A stretch of 64,000 bases of DNA from Longimicrobiales bacterium (GTDB lineage: Bacteria > Gemmatimonadota > Gemmatimonadetes > Longimicrobiales > Gaopeijiaceae). The notes below the pieces were generated by a model. The model had not been told where the DNA came from. It did not search any database and saw nothing but the letters and a program-made list of their open reading frames with translations. How positions within the stretch are numbered: position 1 is the stretch's first letter; every line of letters begins with the position of its first letter. The stretch covers positions 608,001 through 672,000 of the forward strand of contig CBDDCX010000008.1 of assembly GCA_965226375.1 (NCBI GenBank). Direction: 5' to 3'. A program made the translations under genes and the position numbers. Below are positions 17,935-28,319 of the stretch, piece by piece.

Positions 17935-18849
17935 ATGGACGCCGACGTCGCTCGCTTCCTTCACCACCTCGAACACGAGCGCCGGCTGTCACCCCGTACC
18001 GTCGTGTCCTACCGGAAAGACCTCACGGACCTGTCCACATTTTTGGATGAGCACCTCGGTGGTCCCGGTTGGGAGTGGTCCGGCATCGACCGCCTCGATC
18101 TACGTGGGTTCATGGGATGGTGCGGCCGAAAGGGGCTGGGACGGCGTACGGTGGCCAGGAAGCTCTCAGCGGTCCGCACGTTCTACCGCTTTCTCAACTT
18201 AGAGGAGCGCATCCCCTCGGATCCGACGCGTGCGCTTCGAACGCCGAAGCTCGACAAGAAGCTCCCGGCCCACGCGAGCCGAGCGGATCTGAAGTCCGTT
18301 TTCACCGTCGCCGAAAACCGCGCTGCGGAAAACACACCCGCGGGCACCCGGAACCTGGTCATCCTCGAGCTCCTCTACGGCAGTGGCCTGAGGTTGGCCG
18401 AGATTCATGGCCTGGACGTGGCCGACCTCGACCTGGGGCAGGATCAGCTCAAGGTGCTGGGAAAGGGTCGAAAGGAACGCATCGTTCCCCTGACGGGCGC
18501 AGCGCACCGGGCCCTGAGCCGCTACCTGCTTCGCCGCCAAGAGGTACTGCAGCGGTCCGGATCGCCGGCGGAGGGGGCTCTGCTGCTCAACCTGCGTGGC
18601 AAGAGACTCTCTCAGCGGTACGTCCAGAAAGTGGTACGGGGTCTGTTGGATGATGCCGCAGCCGCTGAGGACCTCACCGTTCACTCCCTTCGTCACAGCT
18701 TTGCGACCCACCTGCTGGACGCCGGAGCGGATCTCATGGCCGTAAAGGAGTTGCTCGGCCACGTGTCTCTGTCCACCACGCAGATCTACACGCATACGTC
18801 CAAGGAACGGCTTCGACGGGTGTACCGGGACGCTCACCCACGCTCCTGA
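17935..18849 (+). CDS. xerC: Tyrosine recombinase XerC
   Basis: LYGSGLRLAE, GKGRKER, HSLRHSFATHLL, LLGH and TTQIYT motifs. Sits in trmFO-xerC-hslVU order. Confidence 0.9.
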   Translation: MDADVARFLHHLEHERRLSPRTVVSYRKDLTDLSTFLDEHLGGPGWEWSGIDRLDLRGFMGWCGRKGLGRRTVARKLSAVRTFYRFLNLEERIPSDPTRALRTPKLDKKLPAHASRADLKSVFTVAENRAAENTPAGTRNLVILELLYGSGLRLAEIHGLDVADLDLGQDQLKVLGKGRKERIVPLTGAAHRALSRYLLRRQEVLQRSGSPAEGALLLNLRGKRLSQRYVQKVVRGLLDDAAAAEDLTVHSLRHSFATHLLDAGADLMAVKELLGHVSLSTTQIYTHTSKERLRRVYRDAHPRS

Positions 18850-18862
18850 CGTTTCAGGGCGT

Positions 18863-18902
18863 CTATCCGGGCCCGGAGGGGGATCTTTCCCGGCCCGGAT
18901 AG
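18863..18902. terminator. Hairpin downstream of xerC
   Basis: CTATCCGGGCC...GGCCCGGATAG forms an 11-bp stem. Confidence 0.4.
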
Positions 18903-18963
18903 GGTTCAACCTCCCCCGCCGTTGATGTATCGTAGAGGCCCGCCCCAAAAGCGAATTCGATAG

Positions 18964-19518
18964 ATGAACTATCCCATGGAAAAGCCGCCGATCCACGCCA
19001 CGACCATCGTGGCCGTGCGCAAGGACGGTAAGGTCGCCCTCGGCGGCGACGGCCAGGTCACGATGGGTGACTCCGTCGTGAAGAACAAGGCCCAGAAGGT
19101 ACGTACACTGAGGGAGGGGAAGGTTCTCGTGGGATTCGCCGGCGCCGTCGCTGACGCCTTCACCCTCTTCGAGAAGCTCGAGGAAAAGCTGGAGCGCTTT
19201 CCGGCCAACGCCACCCGGGCGGTGGTCGAGTTGGCCAAGGACTGGAGGATGGATCGCTACCTTCGGAGGCTCAACGCGCTCCTGCTGGTGGCCGATGCGG
19301 ACCATCTCTTCTTGGTCAGTGGCGAGGGCGAAGTCATCGAGCCCGATGACGACGTCCTGGCCATCGGGTCGGGAGGCTCGTACGCCATGGCGGCGGCCCG
19401 GGCACTGATGGCTCACTCCGACCTCTCGGCCCCCGACACCGTACGCAGCGCCTTGGAGATCGCCGGAGAGATCTGTATCTACACGAACATGCAAATCACC
19501 GTTCTGGAGTTGGAATAG
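18964..19518 (+). CDS. hslV: ATP-dependent protease subunit HslV
   Basis: [31 protein letters not shown] and ICIYTN motifs. Confidence 0.96.
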   Translation: MNYPMEKPPIHATTIVAVRKDGKVALGGDGQVTMGDSVVKNKAQKVRTLREGKVLVGFAGAVADAFTLFEKLEEKLERFPANATRAVVELAKDWRMDRYLRRLNALLLVADADHLFLVSGEGEVIEPDDDVLAIGSGGSYAMAAARALMAHSDLSAPDTVRSALEIAGEICIYTNMQITVLELE

Positions 19519-19519
19519 C

Positions 19520-21136
19520 GTGGACGACACGACTGAAGCGAACGGCCCGACCACAACGGACGAAGCCAGTGAGGTAGTTCCACCGGCACCTGAGGTGTCC
19601 GTAGTACCCGAAGTTTCCTCTCGGCCGGCGGCGCCCGAGGTCTCGGGCGGTTCCGGAGGGCCTACGGTGCCTTCCGATGCCGAGGTTCCCGAGGATGCCT
19701 GGCTCGACGAGCTGACCCCCCGTCAGATCGTCGGCGAGCTCGACAAGTACATCGTGGGGCAGGACGACGCCAAGAAGTCGGTGGCCATCGCGCTGCGCAA
19801 TCGCTGGCGTCGACAGCGGGTTGAAGAGGAGCTCCGAGAAGAGATCGTCCCCAACAACCTGATCCTCATCGGCCCGACCGGGGTGGGGAAGACCGAGATC
19901 GCCCGCCGCCTCGCGCGTCTGGCCGGGGCCCCCTTCGTGAAGGTCGAGGCCTCGAAGTACACCGAGGTCGGCTACGTGGGACGCGACGTCGAGTCCATGA
20001 TCCGGGATCTGGTGGACGTGGCCGTCAACATGGTCCGAGCGGAGCGTGAGGACGAAGTGCAGGAGGTGGCCGAGTCCCGGGCGGAGGAGAAGCTCCTGGA
20101 TCTGCTTCTTCCTGCGCCGGTGGCCAAGCCCCGTGTCGAGAGTCCGCCTGCGGGTAACGGCGAGGAGGCCCGGCCCCACGTCTTCGTGGTGGGCCCGGAG
20201 GGTGTCGAGGCTCGGGACAACGACGAAGGCGATGACGCGGTCGAACTACGTCGTCAGCGAACCAGAGAGAAGCTCCGTGGTCTGTTGCGCGACGGAAAGC
20301 TCGAGGAACGTGAGGTGGAGATCGAGGTGTCGCAGACCGCCTCGCTGGAAGGAATGGTCGTCCCCATGGGCGCTGGCATGGAAGGGATGGACCACAACTT
20401 CACCGAAATGCTTCAGGACATGCTGCCCAAGCGGAAGAAGAAGCGGATCGTCACCATCGCCGAGGCGCGTCGCATTCTGGTCCAGGACGAGCTCGATCGC
20501 CTGGTCGACATGGACGAAGTCATCAACGAAGCGCTGATCCGGGCCGAGGACATGGGCATCGTCTTCCTCGACGAGATCGACAAGATCGCGGGAGACCGGG
20601 GTGGTGCCGGTCCCGACGTGAGCAGGGAAGGGGTGCAGCGTGACATTCTCCCCATCGTCGAAGGATCCACCGTTCAGACCAAGTACGGGCTGGTGCGCAC
20701 CGACCACATACTCTTCATCGCGGCCGGCGCCTTTCACGTCGCGAAACCCAGTGACCTCATTCCGGAGCTCCAGGGTCGATTCCCCATCCGTGTCGAGCTC
20801 AAGAGCCTCGGTGAGGCCGAGTTCGTTCGCATCCTTCAGGAACCGAAGAACGCGCTCGTGCACCAGTACCGAGCGCTGGTCGAAACCGAGGGTGCCGCGC
20901 TGGACTTCAAGCAGGACGGGATAGAGGAGATCGCCAGGATCGCCGCCATCCTGAACGATCAGATGGAGAACATCGGGGCGCGGCGGTTGCAGACGGTGAT
21001 GACCACGCTGCTGGAATCACTGCTGTACGAGCTTCCGGAGGAAGGCGTGAGGGAGTTGGTGATCGATCGGGACTTCGTGCAGGAGAACCTGAGCGCGATT
21101 GTGGATGACGCGGATCTGAGGCGGTACATCCTGTAG
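19520..21136 (+). CDS. hslU: ATP-dependent protease ATPase HslU with about 60-aa N-terminal extension
   Basis: [44 protein letters not shown] and C-terminal DLRRYIL. Confidence 0.96.
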   Translation: MDDTTEANGPTTTDEASEVVPPAPEVSVVPEVSSRPAAPEVSGGSGGPTVPSDAEVPEDAWLDELTPRQIVGELDKYIVGQDDAKKSVAIALRNRWRRQRVEEELREEIVPNNLILIGPTGVGKTEIARRLARLAGAPFVKVEASKYTEVGYVGRDVESMIRDLVDVAVNMVRAEREDEVQEVAESRAEEKLLDLLLPAPVAKPRVESPPAGNGEEARPHVFVVGPEGVEARDNDEGDDAVELRRQRTREKLRGLLRDGKLEEREVEIEVSQTASLEGMVVPMGAGMEGMDHNFTEMLQDMLPKRKKKRIVTIAEARRILVQDELDRLVDMDEVINEALIRAEDMGIVFLDEIDKIAGDRGGAGPDVSREGVQRDILPIVEGSTVQTKYGLVRTDHILFIAAGAFHVAKPSDLIPELQGRFPIRVELKSLGEAEFVRILQEPKNALVHQYRALVETEGAALDFKQDGIEEIARIAAILNDQMENIGARRLQTVMTTLLESLLYELPEEGVRELVIDRDFVQENLSAIVDDADLRRYIL

Positions 21137-21239
21137 GTAGAGGGCACTACGGAGTCGGCTGAAGCCCTTGAACTTCTCGGCCGTCGCTGGTTAGTATTCT
21201 GAGTGTCTTACGATATGCCTATCGATCGGGAGGGCGTTT

Positions 21240-21449
21240 GTGTCTACGGTGACGGTTTCCAGTAAGTACCAGGTGGTCATCCCAAAAGACGTCCGGGATC
21301 GTCTCAAGATTCGTCCTGGTCAAAAAGTCGAGGCGTTCGCGTTGGGAGGCCGGATTGAGCTCGTTCCGATCCGTCCGATTGAGGAAATGCGGGGATTCCT
21401 TCGTGGAATGGACCCCAACTTCGAGCGTGATCCGGACCGAGACCTGTGA
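21240..21449 (+). CDS. AbrB/MazE-type DNA-binding antitoxin (VapB)
   Basis: VSSKYQVVIPKDVR AbrB fold. GTGA overlap with a PIN toxin gene. Confidence 0.88.
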   Translation: MSTVTVSSKYQVVIPKDVRDRLKIRPGQKVEAFALGGRIELVPIRPIEEMRGFLRGMDPNFERDPDRDL

Positions 21450-21829
21450 ACGTCGTCGATTCATCGGGATGGATCGAGTACTACGTTGGGGGCCCGAACG
21501 CCGCTTTCTTCGAAGGTCCCCTCCTAGACCTGGCGAACCTGCTCGTGCCTTCCATCTCCATCCTCGAGGTGTACCGGTATGTCCTCAAGGAGCGTGGACG
21601 CCGAGATGCTCTTGCGGTCGCGGCCTCCATGCGACAGGGCCATGTCATTGCGCTCGATGAGGGGATCGCCATCGAGGCAGCCGAGATCGGGGCCAGCTAC
21701 TCGCTCCCGCTAGCCGATTCCATCATCTATGCCTCTGCCCAGGCCCACGACGCTACTCTCTGGACCCAGGATGCAGACTTCAAAGGACTGGATGAAGTGG
21801 AGTACAAGCCCAAACACGGTAAGCTCTAG
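21446..21829 (+). CDS. vapC: VapC-family PIN-domain toxin
   Basis: VVDSSGWIE, LPLADSIIYA and WTQDADF acidic PIN residues. Confidence 0.9.
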   Translation: MNVVDSSGWIEYYVGGPNAAFFEGPLLDLANLLVPSISILEVYRYVLKERGRRDALAVAASMRQGHVIALDEGIAIEAAEIGASYSLPLADSIIYASAQAHDATLWTQDADFKGLDEVEYKPKHGKL

Positions 21830-21864
21830 CAAGGAAAGCTCCGGCAGGCTGGAATCCCTCCTGG

Positions 21865-22209
21865 CTACAGATCGAGGACGAGCTTCAAGCCTGCATCGAC
21901 CTGGGCCATCAGCTCCGGCGTGATGCTTCCTGTTCGCTCCGAGAGGTAGGACTCATCGAGGGTCACGATTTGTGTGACGTTGGCCACGGAGTCCTTGGGT
22001 AGGCCGCTATTCTTGGCTGTGAGAAGGACGTTACCAGGGGCGTCGAGAAGTCGTGTGTTCGACGTGAGCACGATGCCGAGTACCGTCCGCAGGCGACTTC
22101 GATTGAAGGAGTCCGCTTGCACGACCAGGATGGGCCGACGAAAGTCGGGCTCCGATCCACGGGGTGCATCGATATCTGCCCACCACACCTCACGGCGCAG
22201 TACTACCAC
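21865..22209 (-). CDS. mazF: PemK/MazF-family endoribonuclease toxin (no adjacent antitoxin seen)
   Basis: RREVWWAD..PRGSEP..RRPILVVQADSFNRS, LTSN and DSVANVTQI motifs. Confidence 0.88.
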   Translation of the reverse strand: MVVLRREVWWADIDAPRGSEPDFRRPILVVQADSFNRSRLRTVLGIVLTSNTRLLDAPGNVLLTAKNSGLPKDSVANVTQIVTLDESYLSERTGSITPELMAQVDAGLKLVLDL

Positions 22210-22305
22210 TTCGCTAAAGTTACGGGACCGTTACCTGAGCGTTATCTGGCGAGCACTCGGTTCTGGGGCTACGACAACAACGAGAATAGCCGGATCGCTG
22301 GGATC

Positions 22306-22386
22306 TTGGAGGCGCTCATCGAATCGGAGCTCGCGGACTTCAACCGTACGCTTCGTGAGCGGGGACTCGATCCGGTGATCAGATAG
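22306..22386 (+). pseudogene. Probable 3' remnant of a larger gene
   Basis: LEALIESELADFNRTLRERGLDPVIR* looks like a natural amphipathic C-terminus (reminiscent of large BNR/VPS10-repeat proteins), but no credible upstream gene body is present. Confidence 0.35.
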
Positions 22387-22457
22387 GGCGGGCCGGGGGG
22401 TGATGGTCCAGAGGGCGACGGCATCGCTATGCTTGTGATCTCCAGGCCGAACGGCGA

Positions 22458-22492
22458 TCTTAGTTTGGATTAACACATAAACCGAACTAAGA
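22458..22492. promoter_or_regulatory. Palindromic operator upstream of the Fic gene
   Basis: TCTTAGTTTGGATTA-N5-TAAACCGAACTAAGA, with 13/15 inverted match. AT-rich and directly before the GGAGG RBS. Confidence 0.6.
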
Positions 22493-22509
22493 AGGGAGGC
22501 TGGTTCAGG

Positions 22510-23709
22510 ATGCGCGGAACGCTCGTCAGCAAGACCTGGGCGTGGGATCCCGTCCTCTACGCGCCTCCAAGGTACCGGAAGGCTTGTAGATACAAGGCGT
22601 TCATCCCTGATCCGTTGACCGACCAGGAGTTCGAACTGGCCTCCAGCGTCGCAGGCGTCGTCTCAGACGCGGAACAAGCCATCATGGCCCTCAATGCGGG
22701 CTCCCAACCGGCGCTCGAGCCGTTGGCTCGTCTGCTACTCCGTACCGAGTCAATCGCGTCATCGAAGGTTGAGGGTATGCAGGTCGGGATCCGACAACTC
22801 GCCCGTGCCGAGTCGAAGATCGAAGCCGGAGGGAGGGCGTCGCCCACTATCTCAGAGGTGCTCGGGAACATCGATGCCATGAAGTCGGCCGTCGACGACG
22901 CGGCTACCTCCGATCGGATCGGCATCGAGCACCTTACAGAGATCCATCGTAAGCTGATGATCAAGGCTCCCAACCCACACGGGGCCGGGGTCATCCGACA
23001 GGACCAGAACTGGATCGGAGGGAATGACTACAATCCTTGCGGTGCAGATTTCGTCCCACCTCCGGCGGAGCATGTCGAGCGCCTGCTCAGTGATCTCTGT
23101 GAGGCCATCGCAGACGACTCACTTCCCCCGCTCGTTCAGGCTGCCATGGTCCACGCACAATTCGAGACTATCCATCCGTTCCATGATGGGAATGGCCGTA
23201 CGGGTCGAGCGCTGGTTCACGTGGTGCTGCGCCGGCGGGGCATGGCGGTCTCGTATGTCCCTCCCATCAGTGTGGTGCTGGCGAATGAACGTGAACGCTA
23301 TATCCGAGGCCTCACCGGATTCAGGTCCGGCGAGCTTGGTCCGTGGATTGAACAGTTCGCTGCTGCTGCGGCGCGAGCGGCAGGGTTGGCAACAGACTAT
23401 CTCGGGGCAGTGACCCGGCTCATGGATGAGTGGCGTCGCAAGTTGAGCGAGGGTGCCGCGCCTAGATCTGACGCCGCAGCGTGGGCGGTCATAGCAGTTC
23501 TGCCCGCGCATCCGGTCCTCACGTCACGGGTTGCCGCGAACGTGACGGGGCGAGCAAAGGCCTCGATCCACCAAGCCCTTGGGCAACTCACGGATTGTGG
23601 CGTCCTTGAGCCACTCTCCGAGTCCAAGCGGCATCAATCGTGGGAAGGGGTTGGTCTACTGGATCTCCTCGAGGGATTGGAGGCGGGCAGGGTGTCCGGG
23701 AGCGTCTGA
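22510..23709 (+). CDS. Fic-domain protein (class II-like) with probable C-terminal HTH
   Basis: Canonical HPFHDGNGRTGR motif. N-terminal inhibitory-type motif SSKVEG. Confidence 0.92.
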   Translation: MRGTLVSKTWAWDPVLYAPPRYRKACRYKAFIPDPLTDQEFELASSVAGVVSDAEQAIMALNAGSQPALEPLARLLLRTESIASSKVEGMQVGIRQLARAESKIEAGGRASPTISEVLGNIDAMKSAVDDAATSDRIGIEHLTEIHRKLMIKAPNPHGAGVIRQDQNWIGGNDYNPCGADFVPPPAEHVERLLSDLCEAIADDSLPPLVQAAMVHAQFETIHPFHDGNGRTGRALVHVVLRRRGMAVSYVPPISVVLANERERYIRGLTGFRSGELGPWIEQFAAAAARAAGLATDYLGAVTRLMDEWRRKLSEGAAPRSDAAAWAVIAVLPAHPVLTSRVAANVTGRAKASIHQALGQLTDCGVLEPLSESKRHQSWEGVGLLDLLEGLEAGRVSGSV

Positions 23710-23734
23710 CAGGCCGGGTGCCCGACTAGGGCGC

Positions 23735-24831
23735 TCAGCCCCCCGCACCACGCCGAAAAATGATCTCGATCACCACTTGATACCCTTCATAAACCCCGGT
23801 GCCCCCTACCACTCGCCGAACCTCCTGGACTTCAGCTCCCCGGCGATTCCTGAGCATTACGCTCGAACCCAGCCATCGCTGGCCATCAACGAAGAGTGTT
23901 CCTCGCACCCTCTCTCTTCTCCTTTCCACCCACTGTGGTCGCTCGAGACGGATGAGATCCCAGACGGAGCTGGTCTCCCGGCGAGCGGCGATGTCCTCTC
24001 GGGTTATCAGTTCCGTATTAGGTGCGGTCCTGGGCGATACAGTTGTGGATACGTCACCACGCGATGGCCCGGTGCGACCGCCGCCCCATTCCCCCGGAGT
24101 GAGGACCACACCGATTTGGAACGAGAAGGCCTGGTGCTTGCGCGAAAACTGCTCGTCGTAGTCGGGCAGGAACCCGAAGATGACTGTCTCGTCAACTCCG
24201 TCATCATTTTCGTATAGCGCGCGTCCACCACGAGCCTGGTGGGGCCGAGATCGAACGTCAGGTCCACGCCGGCGGTGCCGCCGAAGTCACTCCCGTGGGT
24301 GTTGTCGTCCAGAGGAAGAGCGTAGGCAAAAGCTCCCTCATAAGGGGGAAAATCGATCTTCGACCTGGTGCCTGTTGCCGTGGCTCCGACGGCGAAAGCA
24401 ACGATGGGTCCGGCGAAAACGCTCACCGAGGGGGCCGACGCTCCAGGACTCACCCTGAGCTTTAGGAGGGACGCAAAATCGAGATAGTTGTAGTGCCATC
24501 TCCAATCGGTGACGTCACCCAACCTATCGGCGTGAATGTCGTGCCCAATCGCCCCCCTCGTTGCGTAGTAGCCCTCGACCTGCGCCGAGAGCGGACCCGA
24601 CAAACCGAAGTTGGCAAACGCTCCAATGAGGTGCCCCTGCACGGACTCGGCCTCTCCGATGGCGTCGCCGTAGAAGCTCGAAACGTTGAGGCCGCCCTTG
24701 AGGCCCAGTCTGGTCTGAGCAAGTGCGGGCGCGGCGACGAGAAAGCCGCTCACACCAAGCATGACCGGAGACGTCGACAGCCGCCGAAGAGGTGCGGGGC
24801 TAAAGGGGAGATGGCAAGCACCTTCTGCCAC
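23735..24831 (-). pseudogene. Outer-membrane beta-barrel (porin-family) protein with C-terminal extension, split by a frameshift near 24195
   Basis: Signal peptide (..APALAQ), LGLKGGLN and VVDARYT in one frame. The terminal strand KHQAFSFQIGVVL lies in another frame that continues as ORF 23735-24109. Confidence 0.7.
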
Positions 24832-24992
24832 ACGGGGCTTCTAAGCCACGTTCCACCCAAATCCTGCCAGAATGGCCGATTTACCCTCCCCGCACGCCGT
24901 CCCCTGTGATACCTTGCTTTTCCGACGAACCCGGCAACCAACGGGGGTCGGCACCCCTCGTTGCCACCCTCCAACCGCGACACCGACCAACC

Positions 24993-26108
24993 ATGACCGA
25001 CACCCTGAAGCGCACTCCCCTCTACGACGAACACGTCGCGCTCGGCGGCAAGATGGTCCCCTTCGCGGGCTACGAGATGCCCGTCCAGTACCCGACGGGG
25101 ATCACCGCAGAGCACAAAGCGGTGCGTACGGCAGCGGGCCTCTTCGACGCCTCGCACATGGGAGAGTTCGTGGCCCGCGGTCCCCAGGCGCTTGATCTGA
25201 TCCAGAGGGTCAGCGTCAACGATGCGTCGGTTCTGGACGTTGGACAGTGTCAGTACACGGCCCTTTGTCTCGAGAACGGCGGAATCCTCGACGACTATCT
25301 GGTCTACCGTATGGAGGACAGCTACATGCTGGTGGTAAACGCCTCCCGAAGGGAAGAGGATTGGGAGTGGTTCAACCGTCACGCGGATGGGTTGGACGTG
25401 GAGCTCGAGGACATCTCCGACGGACTGGCCCTTCTCGCCCTTCAGGGCCCTAAGGCTCAGGAGATCCTCGCACCCCTGACAGATGCGGACCTGGACAACC
25501 TCGGGTACTACCGACTGACCCAGGGCGCGGTCTCGGGATCGGATGCGCCCGCCATCATCAGCCGCACCGGGTACACGGGCGAAGATGGCTTCGAGCTTTA
25601 CGTGGCGTCCGACGATGCTGCTGCCGTGTGGCGGAATCTCCTGGAGCACGGACGCGATGCGGGCCTTCTGCCCGCTGGACTAGGCTCTCGGGACTCACTT
25701 CGCCTCGAGGTTGGATTCGCACTCAACGGCAACGATCTGGACAGCGAGCACACGCCGCTCGAGGCCGGCTTGGGCTGGCTCGTCAAGCTCGACAAAGACG
25801 ACTTTGTCGCCAAAGACGTTCTGGTCGAGCAGAAGGAAAACGGTGTGCCCCGTCGTCTGGCGGGGATCCGGCTGACGGAGCGAGGCTTTCCGCGCCCGGG
25901 TTATCCGATCGTATTCGAGGACACCGAGGTGGGAATCGTGAGCAGTGGCACGGTGAGCCCCTCGCTGGGTTACGGGATCGCCATGGGCTACGTCCCGAGT
26001 GACCTGGCCAAGCCGGACACACCGCTCGGCGTCCGGGTCAGAGACAAGGTGATTCCGGGTGTCGTCCAGCGTCCGCCGTTCTACACGGAGGGCACGGTCC
26101 GCCGGTAG
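24993..26108 (+). CDS. gcvT: Glycine cleavage system aminomethyltransferase T
   Basis: [37 protein letters not shown] and RDSLRLE motifs. Confidence 0.95.
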   Translation: MTDTLKRTPLYDEHVALGGKMVPFAGYEMPVQYPTGITAEHKAVRTAAGLFDASHMGEFVARGPQALDLIQRVSVNDASVLDVGQCQYTALCLENGGILDDYLVYRMEDSYMLVVNASRREEDWEWFNRHADGLDVELEDISDGLALLALQGPKAQEILAPLTDADLDNLGYYRLTQGAVSGSDAPAIISRTGYTGEDGFELYVASDDAAAVWRNLLEHGRDAGLLPAGLGSRDSLRLEVGFALNGNDLDSEHTPLEAGLGWLVKLDKDDFVAKDVLVEQKENGVPRRLAGIRLTERGFPRPGYPIVFEDTEVGIVSSGTVSPSLGYGIAMGYVPSDLAKPDTPLGVRVRDKVIPGVVQRPPFYTEGTVRR

Positions 26109-26127
26109 GCGGTGCCGACAACCCGAT

Positions 26128-26664
26128 ATGCGCGTGGCGATTCTGACTGTGAGCGACGGCTGCTTTCGCGGCGAGCGAGAGGACAAGAGTGGCGACCTCA
26201 TCGCCGAGTGGTGTGGCCGCCTGGGTTACGAGTTGGCGGAACGCGTGATAGTCCCCGACGAGAGCCAGGAGATCGTTCCCCGCCTGGTGGGTTGGGCCGA
26301 CTCCGGACAGGTGGATGCGGTACTGACTACGGGCGGCACCGGATTCTCACCCCGGGACGTGACTCCCGAGGCGACTCGGAGCGTGCTCGACAAGGAGGCA
26401 CCGGGCTTGGCGGAAGCCATGCGACGCAAGGGACTCCCCCAGACTCCCACCGCGGTCCTTTCGCGGGGACTCGTCGGCTCCAGGGGTGCGACGTTCGTCG
26501 CGAATCTGCCGGGGAGCCCGGGCGGGGTCCGAGACGGTCTCGAGGTACTGGAGGAGCTCATGCCACACGTGGTCGACCTCCTCCACGGGAACACGGAGCA
26601 CGGAGCCTCGGTGGGGGACCGAGTCGACACTCCGGATAAAGCTTCAGCGGGAGACCCGGCATGA
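26128..26664 (+). CDS. MogA/MoaB molybdopterin adenylyltransferase-family protein
   Basis: [26 protein letters not shown] and NLPGSP motifs. Confidence 0.9.
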   Translation: MRVAILTVSDGCFRGEREDKSGDLIAEWCGRLGYELAERVIVPDESQEIVPRLVGWADSGQVDAVLTTGGTGFSPRDVTPEATRSVLDKEAPGLAEAMRRKGLPQTPTAVLSRGLVGSRGATFVANLPGSPGGVRDGLEVLEELMPHVVDLLHGNTEHGASVGDRVDTPDKASAGDPA

Positions 26665-28319
26665 GCGTCGACACGCAGGGCAGGGTGCTCGTCTCCACAC
26701 ACGACCTGCAACGGGCCGGAGCGCTACGGACGGCCCTGAAGAGCGCCGGATACACCGTGGATCTGGTCACTCCGGGCGAAGACGTGAGCGGTGACACACC
26801 TATCCAGCTGCTGGTGATCACGGCCGAGGCGAGCTCTGAGTCGGCCCACGACCTGCGTAACCAGGCGCGTGTCCTGTACCAGGCACCCGCCTTCGCCATC
26901 GCCGACGATCCGGAGTCGCTGCAACACCTCGCGCTCGAGTACACCGAGGTCTTCACGTCGGGTATACGTCCCGACGACGTGGTGGTCGTGGCACGCGCGT
27001 TGATCGAGCGCCGGCATCTGCAGGCCATGGCGGGCATCGTAGGTGAGACGGACGCTATAAAGGAGGCCTTGGAGCGAGTCGTTCAGTTCGCACCCGTGAC
27101 GGCCACCGTGCTCATCACGGGGGAGTCTGGAACGGGCAAGGAGCTCGTGGCCCGAGGCATTCATCACCTCTCGTCCAGAAGGCACAAGCCGTTCATTGCC
27201 GTCAACGTGGCAGCCCTCTCCCAGACACTGCTGGAGAGCGAGCTTTTCGGGCACGAGAAGGGTGCGTTCACCGGCGCCATCGACTCCAGACGGGGTCTGT
27301 TCGAATTGGCGGATAAAGGTACGATCTTCCTGGACGAGATCGGCGAGATGCCCATGACCACGCAGACCAAGCTGCTACGCGTGCTCGAGCAGCGGGAGTT
27401 CCACCGAGTCGGTGGGGAAGCCCTGGTCCATGTGGACGTCCGTATCGTCACCGCCACCAACCAGGACTTGAAGCAGCTGGTGAGCGTGGGCCATTTCCGA
27501 AAGGACCTCTACTACCGGCTGAACGTGCTCCACATCGAGCTGCCGCCGCTGCGCCGCCGTAGGGAGGATATCCCGCTGCTGGTGGAGGCATTCATCAAAG
27601 ACGCGAGCGCCCGTCACGACCGGACGTTCGAGGGCATTTCGGCGGAGGCCATGCAGATCCTCCAGAAGCACCATTGGCCCGGCAACGTCAGGGAACTCCA
27701 CAATCTCGTGGAGAGCATGGTGGTTTTGGCTCCGGGTCGTGAGGTGCTGCCCGAGGATATTCCCAAGGACGTCCGCGGGTTGGAACAAGGTGTGGGTGCA
27801 CTGGTCCCGGTGGGGCTTGGAAGCCACCAGCCCGGCGAGGCCCTCACCGGGCCGGGAATTCGACCCGAGTTGGAGTTCATCTTCCGGACCCTGGTGGACC
27901 TCCGGATGGACGTGGACGACCTGCGGCAGGATTTCGACGTCTATCGGGACCGGGGTGCCGAGCTGCCGCCGGCTATCGGAGCGTACAGTGTGGGCCGGGA
28001 GGCCTCTCCGGCAGGTACCGACAAGGTCGAGATCGGCGTGCGACCCCGAGAGGTGTCCGTCCAAGACGCGTGGACCGTCGAGGGAGACGAGTCGGCACGA
28101 ATTGCCGAGGTGTCCTATGGGGGCGAGCCGATCGAGGTGGAGCCGCCCGGTACGGTCGTCTACCGTTCCGGGCTGACCATGGAGGACCTGGAGCGCGAGG
28201 CCATCTCCGCGGCGCTGGAAGAAGTGCGGGGGAACCGGCGGAAGGCGGCGCAGCAGCTCGCGATCGGTGAGCGGACGCTCTACCGCAAGATCAGGAAGTT
28301 CGGCCTCGAGGACCTCTAG
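26661..28319 (+). CDS. Sigma54-dependent enhancer-binding protein with atypical N-terminal domain
   Basis: [31 protein letters not shown] and HTH GNRRKAA...RTLYRK. Confidence 0.9.
   Translation: MSVDTQGRVLVSTHDLQRAGALRTALKSAGYTVDLVTPGEDVSGDTPIQLLVITAEASSESAHDLRNQARVLYQAPAFAIADDPESLQHLALEYTEVFTSGIRPDDVVVVARALIERRHLQAMAGIVGETDAIKEALERVVQFAPVTATVLITGESGTGKELVARGIHHLSSRRHKPFIAVNVAALSQTLLESELFGHEKGAFTGAIDSRRGLFELADKGTIFLDEIGEMPMTTQTKLLRVLEQREFHRVGGEALVHVDVRIVTATNQDLKQLVSVGHFRKDLYYRLNVLHIELPPLRRRREDIPLLVEAFIKDASARHDRTFEGISAEAMQILQKHHWPGNVRELHNLVESMVVLAPGREVLPEDIPKDVRGLEQGVGALVPVGLGSHQPGEALTGPGIRPELEFIFRTLVDLRMDVDDLRQDFDVYRDRGAELPPAIGAYSVGREASPAGTDKVEIGVRPREVSVQDAWTVEGDESARIAEVSYGGEPIEVEPPGTVVYRSGLTMEDLEREAISAALEEVRGNRRKAAQQLAIGERTLYRKIRKFGLEDL

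Noticed and set aside
17935..18849. Tyrosine recombinase as a mobile-element integrase
   Set aside because: Size, motifs and topA-trmFO-xerC-hslVU context indicate housekeeping XerC.
24900..24992. Glycine riboswitch upstream of gcvT
   Set aside because: Only a simple hairpin (about 24933-24965) is present. The conserved GGAGA...CCGAAG...CTCTCAGG elements were not seen.
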